Below, in pieces: positions 58,183 through 64,000 of a DNA stretch of 64,000 nt; positions within the stretch are counted from its first letter, which is position 1; the number at the start of each line of letters is the position of its first letter. Location: positions 13,671 to 77,670 of IMG/VR virus record IMGVR_UViG_3300025815_002670; one strand, 5' to 3'. The stretch is from a virus. The notes under the pieces are model-generated. The model ran no database searches, was not told the DNA's origin, and saw only the letters and a list, made by a program, of their open reading frames with translations. A program made the position numbers and the translations under genes.

Positions 58183-58635
58183 ATGAAGATCACAAAGTCA
58201 GAACTCAGAAAGATCATCAAGGAAGAGTTGGCAAACACACTTTCTGAAGTGGGCACCATTGAGCCTTATGTCGGCCCGCAACCGAAAAATAAGAGAAACT
58301 ATGCAAAACTTCTAATGCGCATTGCTCCACTTGAGGGCTTGGGCGATCAGATCAGAAAGAAGCTTGGTTTTAACCAGAAAGAATATGAAAACTGCGCAGA
58401 TCCGCGATACAAAACAAGATTCGTAGAAGGCGAACAGTGGGAATCCACCAAGGCAAAGGTTGGTCTTGCGCTTAGGCGTCTTCCTACTGCGGCCAAGCAG
58501 AGCATCATGTATGACGAGATCATGGGTCGTCTTGCCCAAGACAAGCTAGATCGTTGTGAAATCTATGATTTTACATCTGCTTTTGACGAACTATATGTTG
58601 AGTTAGAGGGCTTGGCAAAGGATGGAGATCTATGA
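58183..58635 (+). CDS. Shared-leader protein 1 (MKITKSELRKIIKEEL)
   Basis: AAGGAG RBS; conserved 16-aa leader, unique body. Confidence 0.8.
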   Translation: MKITKSELRKIIKEELANTLSEVGTIEPYVGPQPKNKRNYAKLLMRIAPLEGLGDQIRKKLGFNQKEYENCADPRYKTRFVEGEQWESTKAKVGLALRRLPTAAKQSIMYDEIMGRLAQDKLDRCEIYDFTSAFDELYVELEGLAKDGDL

Positions 58636-59027
58636 AGATCACGAAGGCGCAACTTAGAAATTTTATCAAGGAAGAGTTAGCCTCCAATCTGTCAGAAGCC
58701 GATGTCCTTGACTTCCCAGGAGACAGGGTAAGTCCTGGTGCTTCCGGTGAAGGCGAAGGCGAGGTTGTCCCTCTTAAAAAGGACGAACCAGCCGGTCTTA
58801 CTCTTACGGATAAAGAAATGGCAATAGGCGTCTATGGCATGGTTCTTGGCTTCCTTATTGGAACAAAGGCTCGTCGCGATGTTGATATTGAGGAGATCCA
58901 GGGTGGGAACCCAGAACTTTTCCAGGCGCTTATAAATGCCGTTGCGGCAGATCAGATCGCATTTGCACAAGACTGGATGAACATGCCCGAGGGCGAATTT
59001 AGAGCGAAGCATTTACCAGGCTTCTAA
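58632..59027 (+). CDS. Shared-leader protein 2 (MKITKAQLRNFIKEEL)
   Basis: Leader plus hydrophobic segment AIGVYGMVLGFLIG. Confidence 0.8.
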   Translation: MKITKAQLRNFIKEELASNLSEADVLDFPGDRVSPGASGEGEGEVVPLKKDEPAGLTLTDKEMAIGVYGMVLGFLIGTKARRDVDIEEIQGGNPELFQALINAVAADQIAFAQDWMNMPEGEFRAKHLPGF

Positions 59028-59039
59028 AGGAATAGAACT

Positions 59040-59399
59040 ATGAAGATTACAAAGACACAACTCCGTCAGATCATCAAGGAAGAGCTTGACGCCACTATGG
59101 AAGAAGGAATGTTCGGAGATTTGGGTGCTAAAATCTCAGCCGGAATCAAAGAAATTCTTATGTTCCCTACTAATCTAGTAGCTGCTGGCATGTTGGTTTA
59201 CCTTGACACTGTGGCACCAAGAAACGACATTGACATAAAAGAACTAGCAAATGATAACGCAGCGATGGACGCATTCCTTAAGAATCTCACTTCAGGTAAT
59301 GGGAAAGCATTCGGCAGCCAGCTTGCAAAAGATTGGACAAACTCAAGAATGAGCAAAGATGAGATTATGTCTAAGTATTTCTCATCTAGTGAAGCTTGA
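59040..59399 (+). CDS. Shared-leader protein 3 (MKITKTQLRQIIKEEL)
   Basis: Leader; body weakly resembles protein 2 (R.DIDI.E....N.....DW.N....E...K). Confidence 0.8.
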   Translation: MKITKTQLRQIIKEELDATMEEGMFGDLGAKISAGIKEILMFPTNLVAAGMLVYLDTVAPRNDIDIKELANDNAAMDAFLKNLTSGNGKAFGSQLAKDWTNSRMSKDEIMSKYFSSSEA

Positions 59400-59482
59400 T
59401 CTCAACTGATCTAACAGACTAGTAAGGAAACAAGACTATGAAATTTACAAAGACACAACTCCGTCAGATCATCAAGGAAGAG
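59047..59482 (+). repeat. 38-nt identical direct repeat (59047-59084 and 59445-59482) encoding the leader
   Basis: TTACAAAGACACAACTCCGTCAGATCATCAAGGAAGAG occurs twice. Confidence 0.9.
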
Positions 59483-59851
59483 TTAGAAACTCTACAAGAA
59501 GACGGACACGAAGATGTTTCTTCGGCAGTCAGAAAACTAAAGACCTCTATTGAGGACGCCACAGAGATCCTACAAGGTCTTCAAGCCCACCAGGGCGATC
59601 TTCCTTCTTGGTGGATGAGCAAGGTAACACTTGCTTCTGACTACCTAAACAAGTGCCGTGATTATTTTCTTGTTTCCGGCGAAGTGATGGAAGAAGAAGT
59701 CGTTGATGAAAAGATAGAAAAGGCTGACGGAGGTTATTTCGTGACCTCCAAGTCAGGGAAGCGTCTTTCAAAGAAGCCGCACGAAACAAAGAAAGCCGCC
59801 CTCGCTCAGTTGGGCGCTGTTGAAGCCAGCAAGGCAAGGAGAGGCAAATGA
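59438..59851 (+). CDS. Shared-leader protein 4 (MKFTKTQLRQIIKEEL), two-module body
   Basis: Helical module DLPSWWMSKVTLASDYL, acidic linker, basic C-terminal module. Confidence 0.8.
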   Translation: MKFTKTQLRQIIKEELETLQEDGHEDVSSAVRKLKTSIEDATEILQGLQAHQGDLPSWWMSKVTLASDYLNKCRDYFLVSGEVMEEEVVDEKIEKADGGYFVTSKSGKRLSKKPHETKKAALAQLGAVEASKARRGK

Positions 59852-60105
59852 AAATAACAAAGACTAGACTAAAAGAGATCATCAAGGAAGAACTTGATAT
59901 GATGAGCGAGGGCAGCGAAGTTGATGCGATCCTTGCTATGCTCGATCCAGAGACGCTTAGCGCCATTAAGATCGTCGCCCAGGCAGCAGGAAAGATGGCT
60001 CCTGGCGCTGCTGGTGTCGCTGCAACCACTTTTGCTGTGGATCAACTAAGGCAAGCGGTAAGCAAGATCAAGGGTGGCAAGCCCGAGGGTGAAGAAAACG
60101 CTTGA
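59848..60105 (+). CDS. Shared-leader protein 5 (MKITKTRLKEIIKEEL)
   Basis: Leader plus Ala/Gly-rich apolar body. Confidence 0.8.
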   Translation: MKITKTRLKEIIKEELDMMSEGSEVDAILAMLDPETLSAIKIVAQAAGKMAPGAAGVAATTFAVDQLRQAVSKIKGGKPEGEENA

Positions 60106-60130
60106 CAAGCCCAGCCCCTTGTGCTACATT
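60102..60130 (+). promoter_or_regulatory. Sigma70-type promoter TTGACA-17-TACATT
   Basis: Upstream of the GAGGGG RBS and the relic Mre11 start at 60155. Confidence 0.7.
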
Positions 60131-60154
60131 ATAATAGTCTGAGGGGTTAGACTT

Positions 60155-60244
60155 TTGAAAATCGCGCATATCGCGGACAATAATAGGGCACATAGCGGAC
60201 ACAAAACTATTTACTATAGTAAGGAGTGTTTGCTATGGCTTTAA
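60155..60244 (+). pseudogene. Relic original 5' end of the Mre11 gene (MKIAHIAD, then unrelated sequence to a stop at 60244)
   Basis: TTG AAA ATC GCG CAT ATC GCG GAC matches metallophosphoesterase motif I and parallels RVAHLADTH at the start of the 60911 ORF; has its own RBS and promoter. Confidence 0.7.
60191..60237 (+). promoter_or_regulatory. RNA hairpin pairing the endonuclease start codon, with the late-promoter motif ACTATTTAC (60206-60214) inside the loop region
   Basis: CATAGCGGACAC (60191-60202) pairs with GTGTTTGCTATG (60226-60237): 12 bp including two G.U. Confidence 0.7.
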
Positions 60245-60921
60245 TTTATATGGTTCTCTTTCCAAACGGCAAGAAGTATATTGGAAAGACTGAACGCGAG
60301 TTATCCGATCGCATGAAAGAACATAAACACCATTCCAAGAATTCAAATCGGCCCCTTTATAACGCAATAAGAAAATATGGTTGGGACAATTTGGAATGGA
60401 TAGTGCTTGACAAGGACGACAATTTTGATTACATTAACAGTAGAGAAAGGGCTCTAATAGACGAGCACGGCTGCCTTAAGCGAGAAAATGGGTACAACTT
60501 GCGAGAAGGTGGAGACGGAGGTCGCCACGCCCAAGACACAAAAGATAAAATTTCTATTTCTAATGCTGGTGAGAAGAATGGTATGTTTGGCCGAAAAGCG
60601 TGGAATAGTGGAAAGAATTTATCTAAACAACACATAGAGAGACTGCGTGAAGCACACAAGGGGCAAATACCTTGGAACAAGGGAAAGAAGTTGCCACCAA
60701 AAGGCCCGCGAAACGAAGAAACAAAGAACAAAATAAGTAAAGCGAATAGTGGGGAGAATAACGGACAAGCAAAATTGACTTGTGAAAAAGTAATAGAGAT
60801 AAGAGAAGCATATTCTAATGGCGGTTTAACTCAACGCCAATTGGCAGAAAAATATAGAGTATCTCAATCCGTAATAAACGGCATAGTAAATAATAAAACC
60901 TGGAGGAACTGTGGGGATTAG
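60235..60921 (+). mobile_element. Free-standing GIY-YIG homing endonuclease with NUMOD3-like repeats and C-terminal HTH
   Basis: LIY..NGKKYIGKT, R..EH, E, GYNL..GG; ETKNKIS and PWNKGK repeats; TQRQLAEKYRVSQSVI; AT-rich relative to flanks. Confidence 0.9.
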
Positions 60922-63900
60922 AGTTGCGCACCTGGCTGACACACATATACGGAATTACAAGTATCACAAAGAGTACCGAGTCATTTTTGACCAGATCTTT
61001 GACCGCTTACGAGAAGAGCAGGTCGATCTGATCGTCCATTGCGGAGACTTGGCTCACACAAAGACACAGTTGTCGCCAGAGTATTTTGACCTTGCGACAC
61101 ACTTCCTTAAGAACCTTGCCGACATTGCCCCAACCTACATCATTTTGGGCAACCACGACGGCAACCTTAAGAACGAACACCGACAGGACGCCATCACACC
61201 AATCGCAAATGCGTTGGCACACAACAACCTTCACCTTCTAAAGAACGCAGGCGAGGTTGTTGTTGGTGATGTTGCCCTAAATGTTCTTTCTGTCTTTGAC
61301 GAAGACAACTGGGTGAAGCCATCCGATCCTTCCCGCATCAACATTGCCCTTTACCACGGCTCTGTTTCGGGTGTGAAGACGGACACGGGCTGGGTGATGG
61401 ATCATGGCGACCATCCCATCAGCATCTTTGAGGGGCACGACTTTGTTCTTCTTGGCGACATTCATAAAACAAACCAGATCCTTGACGATGAGGGTCGGGT
61501 ACGTTATTGCGGAAGCACGATCCAACAAGGGTTTGGTGAGACAAACGACAAGGGCTTCTTGCTTTGGAACATCCAGGGCAAAGATGACTTTACTTGCGAA
61601 CACATCGCAATCGCAAACCCCAAGCCATTCATCACGATCATTCTAACCCCCACCGGTCGGATGCCAAAGGGCTTGAAAGTGCCAAGTGGTGCGCGTTTGC
61701 GTCTTGTTTCCAATAACAACTTGTCTCTTGAGACGATGCGAAAGGCTATTGAGGTCGCAAAGCATCGTTTCAAGCCCGATACCATTACCTTCCTCAACCG
61801 CGCAGCAGGGGAACGCGGGAATGTTGAGGAACTAACGGAAGGTCTTCAGCAAGATGACATGCGAGATCCAGCCATCCAAGAGGAGTTGATCCGCGAATAT
61901 CTTACTGACTACCAAGTTGATGAAGAAATAATGAAGAGAGTTCTTGACCTCAACTCTACTCTTACAAAGAAGGCAGAGGAAGACGAGGAGATCTCAAGAA
62001 ACATCAAGTGGCGAATCAACGAACTTGCTTGGTCAAACCTTTTCAACTACGGGGAAGACAACAGGATTGACTTTTCTCGCCTCAACGGCACCGTTGGCAT
62101 CTTCGGCAAGAACTATTCAGGCAAGTCCTCCGTTATTGACACCTTGCTCTACACGCTCTACAACACCACATCAAAGAACGAGCGGAGAAATGTTAACATC
62201 ATCAACCAGAATAAGACCGAGGGTGTAGGCGAGGTTTCCATTTCTATTGGCGACGACACCTATTATGTCCGTCGCGTCTCTACAAAGTACACAAAGCGTC
62301 TCAAGGGCGTGGAAACACTTGAGGCAAAGACCGATCTTGACTTTTACAAGATCGACGCAGATGGCGAAAGGATAAGTTTGAATGGACTCACAAGAATCGA
62401 CACGGACAAAAACATCAGAAAAGTCTTCGGAACCATTGATGACTTTCTTCTTACTAGTTTGTCTAGCCAGTTGGACAGTCTTTCCTTTATTCGGGAGGGC
62501 AGCACAAAGAGGAAAGAGATCCTTGCGAAGTTCTTGGACTTGGAGATCTTTGAAAAGAAGTTCCGCTTGGCTAAGGAAGAAGCGGCAGACATGAAGGGCG
62601 CTCTTCGTCGCCTGGAAGGCAGGGAATACGACACCGAGTTGGAGGAGGCAAAGAAAGAACTGCGCCTCTCAGAAGCTAACTTGGAAGCCCAGACCCGCAC
62701 TTGCCAGGAGATCGAAGGCATCATCGCTGACCTCCATAAGCAGAAGGGCGAGGTTGATGGAAAAATAGATTCCATCCCAGCAGAAATGATCGACATTGCC
62801 CAGGTCAAGGTGGACATTCGTCAAAAGCGAGTTGCCCTTACAACTGCACAAAAGAACCTTGAAGGCGACAAAAAGACCCTGAAAGATAAGAAGGCTTTGC
62901 TCGCAAAGATTACCGAGTTCGTTGAAAACTACGACATTGACGATCTAAAAAACAAAAAGACAGAAGCAAACAAGATCACTTTGACCCTCAACGGTCTCCA
63001 AAAAGACCTAACGATCCTTGAAGAAAAGGTTTCTTCCCTAAGCGACCCTGGTTTCCTCCGTGGCTGCAAGTGTCTCCACGAGGCAGAGAAGGCACAAGAG
63101 CAGAAGCCTAATGTAGAGGAAAAGATCAGCATCTTCACAACCGAACTGGAAGGTCTAAACCTCCCAGAAACAACCAAGAAGATCGACCAGCACGCCGCCC
63201 TTCTAACAAAGAAGAGCAACACCTCACAGGAAATAACAAAGACCGAACTTTCTATTGCTCGCAATCAAAACCTCATAAACCGCCTCGCCAACGAACTAAC
63301 GGCTCTTATGGCAAAGGAGACGGCTTATGAAGAGAACAGGGAGGCCATTGAAAACTTGGAAGCCCTTATTGTAGAGCAAAAGACCATCGGATCGCTTATT
63401 TCCGGTAGGACAAGGGAACTAAACGGCTGCAAGACAAAGATCAATAACCTCAACCGTCAGGTCGGTTCTTTGGAGCAAAAGGTAGAAAACATCAAAGAGC
63501 AAAAGCAGGAGTTTATTGACCTCCGCGAGCAGTTCTCGGCTTATGACCTTTACATGCGTTGCATGCACCCAAACGGCATTGCTTACGATGTCATCAAAAA
63601 GAAGTTGCCCGTCATCAACCAAGAGATCGCAAAGGTCTTGGCAAACCTAACAAACTTTGAGGTCTTGTTTGAGGAGGACGGAAACAAGTTGGAGATCCTC
63701 ATTAAGCATCCAGCCCACGAGCCACGACCGCTTTCTATGGCATCAGGCGCGGAAAAGACGATGGCTGCTATGGCTATTCGCCTTGCTTTCCTCTCCGTTT
63801 CCAACCTTCCAACCAGCGACATTATGGTTTTGGACGAGCCAGGAACAGCACTGGACGAAGACCATCTTCAGTCCTTTACCCAACTGTTAGACATGATCAA

Positions 63901-64000
63901 GGGCTATTTTAAGACTATTCTTCTCATTTCTCACCTTGATTCTCTCAAGGACATAGCAGACATGACCCTTGACATAACCAGAAAAAACGATTACGCTTTC
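60911..64000 (+). CDS. Mre11(SbcD/gp47)-Rad50(SbcC/gp46) fusion, at least 1030 aa, truncated by the window end
   Basis: One open frame from GTG 60911 (GGAGG RBS): AHLADTH, CGD, GNHD, YHG, LGDIH nuclease motifs, then Walker A GKNYSGKS (62105), coiled coils, signature SGAEK, Walker B VLDEP, H-loop ISH. Confidence 0.92.
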   Translation, partial: MGIRVAHLADTHIRNYKYHKEYRVIFDQIFDRLREEQVDLIVHCGDLAHTKTQLSPEYFDLATHFLKNLADIAPTYIILGNHDGNLKNEHRQDAITPIANALAHNNLHLLKNAGEVVVGDVALNVLSVFDEDNWVKPSDPSRINIALYHGSVSGVKTDTGWVMDHGDHPISIFEGHDFVLLGDIHKTNQILDDEGRVRYCGSTIQQGFGETNDKGFLLWNIQGKDDFTCEHIAIANPKPFITIILTPTGRMPKGLKVPSGARLRLVSNNNLSLETMRKAIEVAKHRFKPDTITFLNRAAGERGNVEELTEGLQQDDMRDPAIQEELIREYLTDYQVDEEIMKRVLDLNSTLTKKAEEDEEISRNIKWRINELAWSNLFNYGEDNRIDFSRLNGTVGIFGKNYSGKSSVIDTLLYTLYNTTSKNERRNVNIINQNKTEGVGEVSISIGDDTYYVRRVSTKYTKRLKGVETLEAKTDLDFYKIDADGERISLNGLTRIDTDKNIRKVFGTIDDFLLTSLSSQLDSLSFIREGSTKRKEILAKFLDLEIFEKKFRLAKEEAADMKGALRRLEGREYDTELEEAKKELRLSEANLEAQTRTCQEIEGIIADLHKQKGEVDGKIDSIPAEMIDIAQVKVDIRQKRVALTTAQKNLEGDKKTLKDKKALLAKITEFVENYDIDDLKNKKTEANKITLTLNGLQKDLTILEEKVSSLSDPGFLRGCKCLHEAEKAQEQKPNVEEKISIFTTELEGLNLPETTKKIDQHAALLTKKSNTSQEITKTELSIARNQNLINRLANELTALMAKETAYEENREAIENLEALIVEQKTIGSLISGRTRELNGCKTKINNLNRQVGSLEQKVENIKEQKQEFIDLREQFSAYDLYMRCMHPNGIAYDVIKKKLPVINQEIAKVLANLTNFEVLFEEDGNKLEILIKHPAHEPRPLSMASGAEKTMAAMAIRLAFLSVSNLPTSDIMVLDEPGTALDEDHLQSFTQLLDMIKGYFKTILLISHLDSLKDIADMTLDITRKNDYAF

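Noticed and set aside
59396-59420. Short TGATCT(C)AAC duplication in an intergenic gap
   Set aside because: Two imperfect ~10-nt copies; too short to support a function
58183-60105. CRISPR-like, DGR or integron interpretation of the leader repeats
   Set aside because: The repeats are in-frame coding leaders spaced by whole genes; no reverse transcriptase, integrase, attC-like palindromes or adenine-specific variation
60179-60940. Group I intron interrupting Mre11
   Set aside because: Only about 55 nt precede the endonuclease ORF and none follow it; no P7-like core seen; the downstream gene has its own RBS, start and complete motif I
1257-63890. Minus-strand and nested alternative-frame ORFs in the track
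   Set aside because: All overlap longer + strand genes with recognisable motifs or coupled starts and show no motifs of their own; they are shadows of biased codon usage
1-64000. Alternative genetic code (stop-codon reassignment)
   Set aside because: Code 11 gives near-complete coding density with multi-kb ORFs; TAA, TAG and TGA all end genes at coupled junctions

Overview
The window is a gene-dense segment of a large lytic tailed phage with a contractile-tail (myovirus-like) baseplate. Every credible gene is on the + strand in standard code 11, and many are coupled by ATGA/TAATG overlaps. Order: (1) tmRNA, small membrane proteins, a cytidylyltransferase, a PIN-PhoH protein, a zincin-like protein and a Cas4-like nuclease (1-5.4 kb). 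(2) Two GT4-type glycosyltransferases, then an AT-rich ~13 kb glycan island encoding Gmd, a CMP-ulosonate synthetase, an HpcH aldolase, GT42-like and GT29-like transferases, methyltransferases and fused sugar-phosphate enzymes (5.4-21.6 kb). (3) A T4 gp55-like late sigma factor and a ~33 kb baseplate/tail module with a tail lysozyme, gp25, gp6-like, 2515-aa and 3095-aa proteins (22-56.7 kb). (4) RuvC-like resolvase, primase, five tandem ORFs sharing an N-terminal MKITK.QLR.IIKEEL leader, a free-standing GIY-YIG homing endonuclease, and a single-ORF Mre11-Rad50 fusion that runs off the end and is absent from the ORF track. Best candidates for new biology: the shared-leader array (probable capsid-targeted cargo cassette); a NeuB-independent sialylation-like pathway together with [ST]-G-S enrichment in a subset of virion proteins; an ACTATTTA late-promoter motif; and a homing endonuclease inserted at the Mre11 start, which now has a replacement N-terminus, with its own start codon gated by a hairpin containing the late promoter. 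All protein calls come from motif recognition by eye, not database searches.
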